Assembly: GCF_009914755.1 (NCBI RefSeq)
Contig: NC_060925.1
Strand: one strand, 5' to 3'
Source of the DNA: the human T2T-CHM13v2.0 reference genome, Homo sapiens
DNA length: 64,000 bases
Under the pieces are notes generated by a model, which worked only from the letters and a program-made list of their open reading frames with translations, had not been told where the DNA came from and searched no databases. The first letter of the stretch is position 1. Each line of letters opens with the position of its first letter. Position numbers and translations under genes: made by a program. This document shows positions 16,880-30,475 of this stretch, piece by piece.

Positions 16880-19800
16880 TACAAAAATCTAGAAATGCTG
16901 GATAAAATATAGCAAACATTCTTTTGTAGTCATAGCTGAGAATGGGCAAGTGTCAGGTTCCAGACTCAAAAAGGAGACTGAAAACAAGTGGGGAAGGAAA
17001 AAATGGTGGAATGCGTGTATATGAGGTGTGTTTGTCATTAAACTACCGACATAGTTACTTTCGGCCTTATAGACACAGACGGTGATGCCTTGAGAGTATG
17101 GAAGGCAGAGAGTTAGAACAAAGACCATCTACACAGATCCAGGATCTGAAAAGGTTGTATCTTTAATTAAAGTGTGAGATGGAAAAAAAAAACCTACCTA
17201 CCAATGATATATAGACATGGCAAGGAAGCTTGTATACCACTATCTGGGTTTTTAGAGGAGAATGAAAAGGATATCTCCTGATAATTTATAAATATGGTAC
17301 TCTCTTTGGCAAGTGTTTGAGATTTAAAGCTGCATGGCCTACTTGATCTAGAAAACCCTAAGCTTAGAAAATAACAGTAAAATTGGCCTGTGTCTGGTAA
17401 TACTCCTGGGTCATTGGGAGATGCAAACATTAAACTAATTTGGAATTTCACCCATAGGTACAAAAAATTGTCAGAGAAAAAAAATCTACCCCATTTAAAG
17501 GAAAGTTTCTGTTAAAAATTACAAAACATTCAGAAAAATAATCTGTCATGAGTGAAATTTAGCAAATATGATAAAAAGCAAGGTAGGGATCTCCAAGAAT
17601 TTGAGATAATTTGTTAACAATATGAATTTAAAATGATTATGCTAAAAGCATACAAAATGAAGTCAAATAAGTGAATAAGACATGAAAAGGAAATATTTTT
17701 TAAAAATAGTTTACTTCAAGAATTTTAAAAAAGTTATTATAATTAAATATTCAGTAAATAGTTTAAATACTAGATCAGAAGTATCTGAAGAGAAACGAGT
17801 AAACATTAGAAATAAGAAAATTTCAAAAGAATTTGACACAGAGTGAAAAATAATGAGACAAAAATTATGTATAAAAAATAAGTCAAGAAGAGTCATTTAC
17901 TTGGTTGGAGTCTAGAAGTACAGAGTAAGGAAATGGTGAAGAGAAAATATAAAAGAGATGGTGTTTTTAAATTTTCTAGAATTAATTTAAAAATGAATCC
18001 TTTTATGTAAGATTCACAAAAATTTTAACAGGGGAATAAAAATAAATCTACACTTGTGAATGTTGTAGTGAATTTGCAGAACACCAAAGACCAAACCTTT
18101 GAAGCAACCAGATTGCGAAGATAGATTACCTATAAAGTAACAGCCATGGAAATGAGAAAAAACTATTTCATAACAACAATTGAGGTCAAAAAACAATGCA
18201 ACAATATTTTAAAGCACTGATGGAAAACAACTGTCTATCTAAAATTCTATATACTAGCTAAATTATCCATTTAAGAGTGAAAGCAAAAGAAAAATATTTT
18301 CAGTCAAAAACAGAGAGAATTTATCATTCAGAGATTTCCACTAAAAAAAAAGTCTAAGACAGTGAGGTAATGGTGCAGGATTGACAAATAGACAAAGTAG
18401 TGGGGGAAAAAGTTCAGCTGTTTCATAAATAGAGCTTATAAAATTAGTCATCTATGTATAAAAATAAAATAAAACTAGTCTTACTTTGTATTACACACAA
18501 AAATATATTCCAAAACATGAAAAATTTAAAAATGTTAGATTAAAATATGTCTTTGAATGGAAAAGAATTTACAAAACAAGACATTAAAGGCAAAAATTAT
18601 AAAAGATTGATAAATGTAATTACATTAAAATAAAAGATAAAGTGTAAAACCAATGGACAGAAGTTATTTGCAACACATATAACCAATTGTATTCATCAGG
18701 ATAGGCTAGGTTATGACATAACACCAAAATTTCAGCAGCTTAAAACAATAAAAGTTTATATCTTGGTCATGCTACGTGCCCACTGAGTCAGCAGTGGGCA
18801 CTTTAATTTACACCGAGACCCAGGCTGATGGAGCACCCACATCTTGGTCATTGCTAAGACCATAAAAGAGGAAAATAAAAATGTCAAGGATTAACACTGG
18901 CAGTTAAATGTTCTAACCTAGAATTGACCTGCGTCACTTCTATTCATAATTCATTTGGCAGAATTAGTCAGATGGATCCATCTATTCCCAAGGGAACCAG
19001 GACATTAAATCTTTATGTGCCAAAAAAGAAAGGAGAACTGGGTATCAGTAAGTAGCACTACTGACTGTCACACTGACAAAGTATTTGTATTCAGAATATA
19101 TAATTAACTAATATAGATTAAAAAGAAAAAATTAAGATTAAAGAGAAAAATGAGTGAATGGCTTAAAAAAACAATTCACGGAAGCAAGAAGCCAAAATGG
19201 CCATTAAACGTATTAAGAAAAGTTCAACCTGATTACAAACCAGGGAAATTACAATTACAAATAAGTAGATAATATTAAATGACCATCATACTGACCAAAT
19301 TAATGTATGATAACACCAAATGATGGTGAAGATGTAGAGAAATAGAAACCCCAGGACATGACTGTAGAACTCTACATTGTTACAATGACCTTGAGAAGAA
19401 ACTGCAACATTCATTTAAGTTGAACACATCAATATTCAGAAAGACTACGACTTGTGTCTCTCCTAGAGAGGCTCTCACACATATGTGCAAGGAGACAAGC
19501 TCTAGGATGATTGTTTTAGCTCAGTTTATAACATCAACAAAGCAAAACAACCTAACTATTCTGCATTAGGGAAATGTGAACTGTGTATACAATTGAGTAA
19601 TGTATTGCAGTAATATAAACTATCTAATTAGATAAATGTCAACATAAATGAACCTGACATATGATACTGAAAACTCAAGTCACAATAAGATAGATTTTTA
19701 CATTTACATCAAATACGTTTTCTTGCAAATTTTTTAAACATGGGAAAACACCACTACATCTTTGTTAAACACACAGGGACATGTATGTGTACATATAGGA

Positions 19801-20070
19801 ATGTATGTTTCATTATGTATATTAAGTACACAAGAATTATAAATATCATGTATAAAATAACGATTACCTTTGGGAAAACAAAGGAAAAGAACAAGTGGAT
19901 TTCAGAATCATTTGAAATAGTTTGCTTTTCAAAAAATAAAAGAAAGATCTAAAGCAAACATGGCCAAAAGTTAACATCTGTTTTATCTTGGTGGTGGTAT
20001 ACTGGGGAATACAATATTTTCTGAACTTTTATGTATTTTTAAAATTTCATGATTACAAACTAAAAATGAA
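16880..20070 (+). mobile_element. ancient L1M fragments (ORF1/ORF2/3' remnants), interrupted by MLT1K
   Basis: A-rich degenerate L1: aaatgctggataaaatata, ttgtagtgaatttgcagaacaccaaagac, aaaattctatatactagctaaattatc, tttgtattcagaatatata. Confidence 0.65.
18688..19072 (-). mobile_element. MLT1K-like MaLR LTR
   Basis: tcaggataggctaggttatg...cttaaaacaataaaagtttat...gacccaggctgatggagca. Confidence 0.75.
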
Positions 20071-20579
20071 AGAAAAATAATAAATGCACTTATAATCAGG
20101 ATGGAGCTTTGAAGTCACACTTTAAATTTCTTCTCTACTCCAAAGACTTAGCAGTGAAAGGTTTGTATTTGTGTATATTTAAAAGACATAGACGTGGTTA
20201 AAACAATAAAACAATGTTAAATATATCTGCTGATCTGATAAGGAATAAGGAGCAAAACAATAAGCAAGGGAAGAAGACAAGGGCCTGCCAGTCTTTGGAA
20301 CTAGAAACGGTCTGAAAGAAATTGAACTCCTATGAGGTAATGGGGAACATAATATGTTCCATGGATGGCAAAGCATGAGAGCCAGGCTCACTGTGAGAAA
20401 TAGGAGGCTGCACAAATCTTGTGGCAGACTAAAAACAAACCAAAATGCCCACAAGAAACAAAACAAATTCAAACTTTTATTCAAGATAAACTCACAAACT
20501 AAAATTCTAAAACACATGAAAAAACTCATATTTGCAGCCAACATATTCAGTAATCAAATGATGAATTATCTCTCAACTG

Positions 20580-21102
20580 CAGACAGAGTCTGACTTACAA
20601 TGGTTTGACTTACAATTTTTTGACTTCATGATGATGTGAAAGCAATACACATTCAGTAGAAATCATACTTTGAATCTTGAATTTTGATCTTTCCCTGGGC
20701 TAGCAATATGCAGTACAATACTCTCTTGTGTTGCTGGGCAGTGACAGTGAGTCACAGCTTCCAGGCAGCCACAACATCACAAGGGTAAACAACCAATACT
20801 TACAGTGTACCGTGTTGGCAGCACGTTTTGATATTGTGTTTTGTATTTTTGCATCCCATTGTGTCTACAAAATGCCCATCTATGTAAAGTGTTCAACATT
20901 TTATTACAAAATAGGCTTTGTGTTAGATGATGTTGCCCAACTGTAGGCTAATGTAAGTGTTCTGAGCACATTTAAGGTAGGATAGGCTGAGCTATGATGT
21001 TCAGTAGGTTAGGTGTATTAAATGTATTTTTGACCTAGGTTATTTTAAATTTATGATGAGTTTATTTGGGATGTAACCCTATCATAAGTCTAGAAACATC
21101 TG
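20580..21102 (-). mobile_element. MER47/Tigger5 DNA transposon
   Basis: cagacagagtctgacttacaatggtttgacttac...gatgtaaccctatcataagtctagaaacatctg followed by TA. Confidence 0.88.
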
Positions 21103-21773
21103 TAAATGAATATAATAGAGCAATCTAAAAATGATTTTTAAATAATATGTTTAAGATTCTCATATATCAAAAGACATAATAACCTTATAGTATAGAAAAA
21201 TTAATCATGAAATAAAAACCTAGAGACATTACTGAAAGACAGCTGGGTAGAAAAAATAAGAAAATTGAATTATTGGAATTGAAAATATAATAATTAGACC
21301 AAAAATATCAAAAAGATGAGTAAATATCTCATATAAGGGTACAAGAGAAAATTAGTGAATTGGAAGATACTACTCAGGAAATTTTCTCAATGTGGCACAG
21401 GAATAAATAAAGGATAAAATTAGATGCCTCATTATTAAAACTTCTAAAGGTAGAAAATAACGAAAAGATGGAAAACAATGTTCAAAGGAATTCATATTCA
21501 TAGAAAACATTTTAGCCTTAAACAAGAGTCCCCAGATTTAAAGTGAATACCAAATGCTATGCAAGATAACTAGAAATAAATTCACTTTCTAAACATATTG
21601 TAGTAAAACTTCAGACCATCAAAATATAAAGAAAAAAAATTGAGCAGAATGGACAGTTTATTTACCAAGGAATGACAGACTATCTAACAATAAGTTTCTC
21701 ATTTGCAACAATATATGCAGAACACAAAGGAGTACAAACTTTGAGGTACTGTATTAACATCCCCTTCCAATTT

Positions 21774-21805
<32 letters not shown>

Positions 21806-21813
21806 TGTATATA
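21774..21813. repeat. (TA)n microsatellite
   Basis: Direct TA run with CA interruptions. Confidence 0.9.
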
Positions 21814-22779
21814 TGAACTATTTTTCTTGAATGAGGAGGAAAATAAAAATAGTTTAGATATATAAAATAAAGTATGTTTGGCCACCCATAGATGTTTATT
21901 GAAAGAATTGTAAAGGGTAAACTTTATTAAAAGAAAATGTGAACCCAAAAGGGAAAAAAGGAAATGCATGCTTATTGCATAAAACTTGAAAATTAGAAAA
22001 AAGTCGAATAAAATAAGTTATCTATTAACCGTAACATCTGGAGATGTTCACATTTTATTTTCTTTCACTTTTAAAAATTTATCATTAGCTTTTGCATTTT
22101 TGTATATAATTATAGTAATCTTGCATATTAAAATTTGTGTACTGCTTTTTAAACCTCATATAACAATCATTTTCCTCTGTTATTATGCTAGTCTTGTAAA
22201 TATAATTTTTGAAACATTCATAATCTTTCAAATTGCTTTTCTGGACATACACTTTTAAATATGTAACTTACTTTGAAACAAGAATAAAAATTTCAAAAAT
22301 AGTACAAAAAACTTTGATATATAAATATATCAACATTTGATATATATATATCCTATATATTTAATCACTACTATATATTTATTCAAGGCATAAGCACCCA
22401 AGCATGGTAAGTAGCTAATCTTGATTAAGAAAACATCAGTATACTCAAGATAAAAATCCAGAGCAAAGATTAAGCCTGGTTGAAAGTCCTAAAGATAAAG
22501 GGAGAAATAAAGAAAGTCTAATATTTTCTGCATAATTCTCACTTATTTGTGTATTTTTCTTCCCTGAGGTTTATTCACAACAATAAATAAAAGCCCAGAA
22601 CTAAGAGAAACACTAGATACCATTTAGTGCATCCCTTCCCTACATCTGACGGATGGGTAAACTGTTCTGAAAGTGGGGTAGACAGTGAGATACTCCGCTT
22701 CTATGAACAGGGTTTTTCCCCAAAGAAAGCTGCCACGGCAGTTGACAGCCCAGTGACTTTGGTACTGGATCTTCCAAGA

Positions 22780-22925
22780 TCAAAGCCCAACAAAGTCTCT
22801 TACCAGCTGTGTGACCTTGGACAGAGGCTCTAACTCTGAAGAGCTTTAGTTTCTTTGATTGTAAATGAAGCAAAGAATATATAACTAATGAGCTTAGTGA
22901 GAGAATTAAATATGATAATATATAT
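22780..22925 (+). mobile_element. MIR
   Basis: ttaccagctgtgtgaccttggac...tgtaaatg...gagaattaaat. Confidence 0.8.
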
Positions 22926-22934
22926 ATGTGTTCC

Positions 22935-23535
22935 TTTTGTCTACCTAAGTATTTTATTCTTTTGCACCTATTATAAATGACATTGCTTTCTTAATTTTAT
23001 TTTCAGAGTGTTCATTGGTAGTGTACAGAAATAAAATTGATTTTTGATATCAATCTTGTATCCTGCCACATTGCTGAACTTGCTTATTTGTTCAAATAAT
23101 TTTTTGTGGATTCCTTATGATTTTCTATATACAAGATTATGTCATCTGCAAATAAAGGTAGTTTTACTTCTTTTTCTAATCTGATTGTCTTTCATTTCTT
23201 TTCTTGCATAATTGCCTTGGCTAGAACCTCCAACACAATGTTGAGTTAAAATAGTGAGAATAGATACCCTATTCTTCCTGATCTTAGAAGGAAAAGCATT
23301 CGGTCTCTCACCATTAGGTATGAGGATAGCTATAGTTTCTTTTTAAATACCTTTTATCCAGTTAACAAAAATTACCTTCTATTCCTAGTTTGTTGGGTGA
23401 ATTTATCATAATGTTTTCTTGAATTTTGTCAGATGCTTTTTCTGAGTCTACTGAAATGAACATGAAGTGTTTGTCCTTTATGACTATGGTGTTTTATACT
23501 ATTTCCAGCTATTAAGTCAACCTTGCATGCCTAGC
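22935..23535 (-). mobile_element. old L1M ORF2 fragment
   Basis: tgtatcctgccacattgctgaact...attatgtcatctgcaaata (antisense FADD region). Confidence 0.85.
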
Positions 23536-23676
23536 ATGTATATGTACTTTAAAAATTTAAATAACACTGTGTAACACCTTTGTGCATATAATACTTTTGG
23601 TATTGTGGACTATATCCTTAAGAAAGAGACTCTCAAGTGGAATTCCTGAATTATAATTAATTTATAAACATTTTAA

Positions 23677-23679
<3 letters not shown>

Positions 23680-23707
<28 letters not shown>
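23680..23707. repeat. (TA)n microsatellite
   Basis: Pure AT dinucleotide run. Confidence 0.95.
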
Positions 23708-23710
<3 letters not shown>

Positions 23711-23824
23711 TCAGGATAAATACCAGCAATATTTATATTGTTGCCTCAGGAGGTAACAAGTTTACCCTTTTTTACCCAAGTGTTCAAATATATGTTAATA
23801 ATATAGGGGCTCTTAAAGTTTTTT

Positions 23825-24110
<286 letters not shown>

Positions 24111-24254
24111 AAAGTTTTTTAAAATATAAGTTTTGCTGACCTCTGTTAATTAACATATTTTACACACCTCAAATACTAAGAAGGATTCTGATGTAACAGT
24201 GGAAAATTCTGGAAGCCAGAAGATCACAACTGAAATAAATTTACTTACAGAATT

Positions 24255-24490
24255 GTTGCTTGGGTAGACAGCATGCTTTGGAAGCAGACACAACTGTGTT
24301 CAAATCTGAATTCTACCACTTATCAGGCATGAAAACTTCGTCAGTTTCTGTAACCACAATAAAACTCCATTTTATCGCCTTCATAACGGAAATTGTAACA
24401 TTTTCTTATAGGGTCATTTTAAATGTGTATAGAGCACAGTATGGTGTCAGACATTAAAACTGCACAACATATGGTAGTTATTTTCATTAT
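24255..24490 (+). mobile_element. MIR
   Basis: gcatgctttggaagcagacacaactgtgttcaaatctgaattctaccactta. Confidence 0.75.
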
Positions 24491-24919
24491 TTCTTGAGGT
24501 AGTAGCTACATTTTTGCTTGGTAAAATTTTTAAATACTATCACAATTTTAAGAACAATAGGAAAATGACCATGTTTAAATTTTGTTTCCCTGACCATAAA
24601 AGGCACTGTTAACTCTCAAGAGAATCAGTGCAAAGATTTGATACCCTGGCTCCTCCAATATAAGTTCTCAGTTGAATGACAAATCCCTGGGTAGTTTGAT
24701 AGCAACTTTGCAAATCTTATTGTTCCAACAATGTACATATTTTGGGCAAAATTTTGTGTTAGTAGGAATCAGTTTCTTTAAAGCACATAGAAACCTCGAG
24801 ACATTAGTGAAAACAAGCAGTGGAATAGTAATAGTATATGTGTGTATATATGAAACTACATAAATATTTATAATACTATACATAATGATATATCTACATA
24901 TACATAATTTCATTTACTC

Positions 24920-25075
24920 TTCACTCTGTGAGTTATTGTTATGAATTTCATTTTATGAATGAGGAAAATAAAGTTCAGAAACATTGAAGAAGTTGCCTAA
25001 TATCACAGGAAAACTAGGAGGTAGTGCTGGGCTTGGTATCAGACTATGCTGCCCTCAGAGCCCACTGTACTACAA
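24920..25075 (-). mobile_element. MIR
   Basis: cattttatgaatgaggaaaataaagttcagaaa...gttgcctaatatcacag. Confidence 0.7.
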
Positions 25076-25589
25076 TATCACTACATAATAATACTTCCCT
25101 TAAAACACATATTTCTTAGCTTCCTGGGAAGAACCAGAGGAAACAATTCTTTGGGAATAGTTGGGTCTTCTAGATGACAGCTTAAACAAAGAAAAACAAG
25201 AAAGAAAATAAACTCATTAGCAAAAATCATTGCCATTTAAACTTTTAAAATGTTAGTCTATTTTATAGAATTGGATAGAATTTTAAACATAAGTGGACTT
25301 GAACATCTTTAAAATTGTCTTTAATGACTGAATTTAGTTACACTTATAACTGCAGGTAGGCACTTTCTGTTTCATGATGCTTCATCTTGAATATTTAGAG
25401 AGCTGCCCAGGGACTTGGAGGAGAACATCCAAAGTATTGATTATTTAGTGACATTAAATGTTTTGGAAGTCTTTCCCTTACATGTCAATATTACCCTTCT
25501 GTGGTTTTTATTAAACAGTATGTCTTAAAAGACCTTCAATCTGGCTAGAATACAGTTTACATTAAGTTGATTGCATAATAAAACAATCA

Positions 25590-25800
25590 CTGCTGATTGC
25601 TTGTGTATGCCAAATGCTTTACTTACATTATCTCATTAATCTTCACAACAATACTTAGAAGTAAGTACTACTGTCATGTACATTTTATATATGCGGCAAA
25701 GGAAGGGAGATAATTTGCCAGGAAGCATTAACTAAAAGGGATAGAACTTGAAGTTGAAACCAAATTTGGTTTGATTCCAAAGCCCTTGTTTTTAACTACT
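25590..25800 (-). mobile_element. MIR
   Basis: atgctttacttacattatctcattaatcttcacaacaa...tttgattccaaagccc. Confidence 0.75.
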
Positions 25801-26080
25801 AGTTAATACTACCTCTTATAAGCATATAACATGACCTCGAGATATATACGACCTAATTGTTGCTTTCTCTGGATTTCCTTCAAGAAGCAAAAATTGGGTA
25901 GGTGAAGTTAGAATCTTTGAGGAGTCCCCATCTCTGCCAGAAATCTGAACCAATTGAGAAATAAAACAAAGTGGCAGATCAAATGGGGGCCAAACTATCA
26001 CCTCCATTAATGGTAAAGCCAATATTAAAGTAGTAACTTAAATTGATGGGCAAGTGAACTTCCTAGTATTGAAACATAGA

Positions 26081-27700
26081 CAGAGTTGGCTTTGTGGACA
26101 TGCCTTCAGGTGGCATGGGGCCCCATGCTAAAAGTCCCACAGTTGGGATTAAATGTTCTGTGGTCACATTGTTAAAATTCTTAACAATTTTATCTTTGAA
26201 TTTGTGTTTTGCAAGTGAAGTTCAATGTGACAAAGAACCATGCTCTGGGGCTTGGAGCCTTGTCTCATACCCAGCCTTTACTCCTGCCTCCTTGCCAGAA
26301 TGAGTTCTCAGCTGACTGCTCCCAAGCCCCCGCCCACCTGTCTTCTCCTTCCTCACTCTATAACCACTGCCACCCTCTACCCAGGCAGGGGCCTAGATGT
26401 GAGCTTGGGAAGAATCAAGAGTGAGTGCCTATATCCATGGCATCTTTTGGAGAGGCTTGGCAGTGGCTGTTCCCACCCTGAGCTGGCAGCAGCTTGGGTG
26501 CATGGTGGGTGACCAGCAGGAGGCCACATTTCAGGAGGGGCGAACCTCTCAAATCCCTCTCCATCATTCCACCACTCCAATCAAAACACTGAACATGACC
26601 CATTGTGGAGGTTTAAAGATTTTTGGGAGTAACCCATCTGCTGTGAGATAGGGCTGTGGGTTTGTAGAAAGGGGAGATTCTTGGATCAATTTTCTCAGGC
26701 TTCACCCCCGTCTAAGGCCTCGTGTATCAATCCAGTGACTGGTGAGAAGGGGAGACATTAGACCTAAGCTGTTGCTGTTTTCCTACTTACTATATCTCCA
26801 AGTTATTTCAACCATGCTTTATAGTTTTCCATGTACAGTGTACAAGTCATGCACTTTGTTGTTAAATTTATTCTTAAATATTTTATTCTTTTGTATCCTA
26901 TTGCAAAGATAATGTTATCTTAATTTCATATCCATTTGTTCACTGCTACTGAATAGAAATATAATTGTTTTGTATATCCTGAAACCGTGCTGAACTCATT
27001 TATTAGTTCTAATTGTTTTTTGGTGAATTCCTTAGGATTGTCTACATACAAGGCCATGTAATCTGCAAATAGAGATGTTTTTACTTCTTTCTTTCCAGTC
27101 TGGTTGGCTTTTATTTTGTTTTATTGCCCAATTCTCTTGGCTAAAACCCCCATTACAATGTTGAAAGGAGTGGTGAGAGAAGCCATTCTTTGCTTATTTT
27201 CTGATCTTAAGGGCAAAACATTAAGTCTTTCACCACTGAGAATGATGTTAGTTGTGTTGTTGTTTTTTTAATAGATGACCTTTATCAGGTTGAGAAAATG
27301 TCCTTTATTTCTAGTTTGCTAGCATTCTCTATTGCTAGTTGGAATGTTTAGCTCACCTGGCCAGCTTGAGGCACCCTCTAAGAAAAAGCCAATAAAAACA
27401 AATTGAGAATTTTTGTGGTTTTGCATAGGAGTTAAATGCTCTGATATTTTTGCTTAAAACTATTATTGCAGAATATGAAGATGAATGAAAAAATCATAGT
27501 AGTAATTATTTAAAATTTTCAGTTTACTTAGAATGACAATGAGTAGCAAACAAAAAGCACCAAGACAAGTTGAGAGTGAAAGTGGAAAAAAGGAAAAGCT
27601 TCATGTCTTCCTTTAATGGCATATTTTTCCTGATCTTTAAACAAAGGAAGTCACATTTTCACCTTTCACTGGAGCTCTGAAAATTAGATAGTTGGTCTTG
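26081..27700 (+). mobile_element. long MER45 (MER45B/C-like, hAT-Tip100) DNA transposon split by an L1M fragment
   Basis: 5' end cagagttggctttgtggac...ttaaatgttctgtggtcacattgttaaaattcttaac; 3' end aacaaaggaagtcacattttcacctttcactggagctctgaaaattagatagttggtcttg; degenerate 8-bp flanks aacataga/accctaaa. Confidence 0.75.
26790..27340 (-). mobile_element. old L1M ORF2 fragment inside MER45
   Basis: tatcctgaaaccgtgctgaactcatttattagttctaa...catgtaatctgcaaatagag. Confidence 0.85.
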
Positions 27701-28874
27701 ACCCTAAAACTGTACCAACATATTCATTTGCAGCACTGGACTGGGACCAGTTTTCCTATTCTGCAGGAACAAAGCCAGTTCCCAGAGATAAAGAGATGAA
27801 TACATGTACCCTGTGAACATTGCTCTTCTGAGAAGGAGAAAGGAAGAGACAGGGCTAAGCATCTCCAATTCTTCTCAAGAGCACCAATCAACTGAGTTAC
27901 TACTTCCTGACCCCTCTACCGCCACCCTTCCAGGAGTGAGCCAAAAGATGGAGAGAGGCCACAAGTGTTGCATTAATGCATACCCTTTACGTAAGAGGAA
28001 ACACCAGGAGCAGGAAATATGCATTTCCCCCAAATGGGGGAATTCTCACGGGATGAGATATGGGTCACAGATAAATATATATTGCGTCAAATGGAACCTC
28101 TTCAAATGAACCATCCTTGATTTAGCTGACTTTGGTGGAAGTAGCAAAAAGGTTCAGAGCCAAGTTAAGATATACAAATGAATATTTCCTTGTTTATAAA
28201 ATAAATTTATCATTATTTTACTCACATTCAGTTGGCCCACCAAACTAATAAAAGACAAAAATGAATAATATCTGAGATTCAATTAGGTCACTGGAATATT
28301 CATTCTCCAATTTAAGTCTGCTTATCGATACTGAAATCAATAAGCATAACTTGCTTCAAGCTAGGAAGGAAACTCAATACCATCTAATTTTTGCAGAATA
28401 TCATATTATAATAGGCAAAGTCATCACCAAATCTTTACAAGTAAAGCTATCATCAATGCAACTTTTCTAAAAGGAGGTTGAGTAGATAGTTCTTTGTTTA
28501 GATGTCTTTTGTCTCTCTCTGAAGCTCTCATGGTGAAAAGAAGAGAGGTTCTTGAACCATTTCCTAGACCTAAGATTTAACTCTTGTCATCTTCTGCAAT
28601 GTTTGACCTATTGCCTTTAAACTTGAAATGGTCCTATTTTCATTTATTTAAGGTATAAAATGCTACTTGGTTTTTATTCACTACTTCATTTGAATTTGTG
28701 GCAATCAAATGGTTTTCAATGATAATCACAATGCTTATGTTTTATACTAGGCTTTTTTTAAAATTAATGTGTTTTCCTACTGAAAAGTATTTTTATTTTC
28801 ATTTTTAGTGAGTTACACCCTAATGCAAAATTAAAATGATGTGATAAATGCAAACTTCATTTTTGGGGTGTTTT

Positions 28875-29155
28875 TAAAAATTTTTATTGTTATGTATATA
28901 ATAGTTGTACTTCTGTATGTACATAATAGTTGTACATATTTATGGGGTATATGTGAATCATTGATACAAGCATACCATATGTAATGATCAAATCAGGGTA
29001 ACTGATCCATCACCTCAGGCATTTACATTTTTTGTGTGTTAGGACCATTCCAATTCCACTTTTCTAGTTATTTTGAAATATACAAATAATTTGTTTTTAA
29101 CTATAGTCACCTTATTATGCTACCAAACACTAGATCTTATTTCTTCTATTTAAAA
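28875..29155 (-). mobile_element. L1MA (L1MA4/5-like) 3' end
   Basis: gtacatatttatggggtatatgtga...tgtaatgatcaaatcagggtaa...aactatagtcacc. Confidence 0.85.
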
Positions 29156-29454
29156 AATAAAAATTATCTAAATGAATAACAATTGATAAAAGAAAACCAA
29201 AGGACTCCTTCTTCCTCTTACACTCCCATTAGCCTTGGGATATCCTTGCTGAAAACATACCTAAAGGAAACTTGAGCCTAAATGTCAACGTCTCAAGCCC
29301 CAGGAATCTAGATCTTAAATGAAAGGGCCTGCACCCAGCACCCTTATGGCAACTGGAATCTTCAGGCCTGAAGTCAGCAGAAAAATGGAGAATGAACTCA
29401 CCTCTAAAGGCAACATGTACTGGGGCAAGCTGGGGTGTGGTCCTTATTCCATTT

Positions 29455-29610
29455 TCTCACTGGCTTGGGCAAGGCATTGATTCGTTATCTATAAAATGGT
29501 AAGAGAATCACTTAACTTTTAGGATTCTAGTTATTATTAAATGACATAATTTAAAAGTGTGCAATATTATAGTTAGCCTATGTTCAGTAATCAATAAATA
29601 ATCGTTATTT
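29455..29610 (+). mobile_element. MIR
   Basis: ttgggcaagg...tatctataaaatgg...attaaatgacataat. Confidence 0.6.
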
Positions 29611-29757
29611 TTATTTCCTCTGGAATGGAAGCAGAGAAAATAGAAGAGGAGAAAAGAGAAAAAAAGAAGAAAACAATGAAAATAAAGAAGGAAAGCAATA
29701 GCAACAGAAAGGCTAGTGCTCAGGTGGAGGCTGCTGAGGAATTTCTTATATGGACAT

Positions 29758-30170
29758 TGCTACAGTGTGAATATGATGTGTCCTCACCAAATGTCATGTT
29801 GAGGCTTGGCCCCCAATGTCATGGTGTTGGGAGGTGATGCCTTTAAGAGGTAATTAGGTCCTTAAGTTGGATTAATGTCTTTATTTTGAGACCGGGTTAG
29901 TTCTCATGGGAATGGAGTAGCTCCCTTGAGAATGGGCTGTTATTTGGCCAGGCTGCCTCTCCTGTTTGTTCTCTTTCACATGCTTGTTTCCCCTTTCACT
30001 TCTCCACCATGCTATGATGCAGCATGAGGCTCTCATTAGAAGCCACCAGATGTAGCTGATCAGTCTTGAACTTGCCAGCCTGCAGAACAGGGAGCTAAAT
30101 AGACCTCTTTTCCTTACAAATTATCCAATCTCAGATATTCTATTATAGCAAAACAAAATAGACTAATACA
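29758..30170 (+). mobile_element. MST (MSTC/D-like) MaLR solo LTR
   Basis: tgctacagtgtgaatatg...gttgggaggtgatgcctttaagagg...tattctattatagcaaaacaaaatagactaataca. Confidence 0.88.
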
Positions 30171-30410
30171 GAAGTGAACAATGCTACAGATAGAGATTAG
30201 AAATAACACTCTCCTTTCCAAAGTGCATTATCTTCCACTGGCTTCCCACCCTACTGCTAATCTGGAACACACAATATCGAGTGAGCAAAAAACAGAGGGT
30301 GTAGAAAGTGAAAGATATGAGTCAGTGAGCAAGGGAAAATATGAAACAAGGGAAGAAAGAGACAACATAAATAAAATTTAAAAGTGTAGAGGAAAATGTA
30401 GCATAATAAA

Positions 30411-30475
30411 ATAATAAAGAAAAGGTTAACTATTTTGGGTAGTAATACAGGTTAGCAGGCAAAGAACCACCAACT
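30411..30475 (+). repeat. copy 1 of a 65-bp dispersed direct duplication
   Basis: 57/65 ungapped identity to 31756-31820. Confidence 0.9.

Larger units (their letters stand above)
20150..21970 (+). mobile_element. ancient L1M/HAL1-like ORF1-region fragments
   Basis: gagaaaattagtgaattggaagata, aaacatattgtagtaaaacttcagaccatcaaa; split by MER47. Confidence 0.5.

Noticed and set aside
26094-26651. Cluster of six overlapping ORFs
   Set aside because: Explained by the GC-rich, stop-poor interior of MER45
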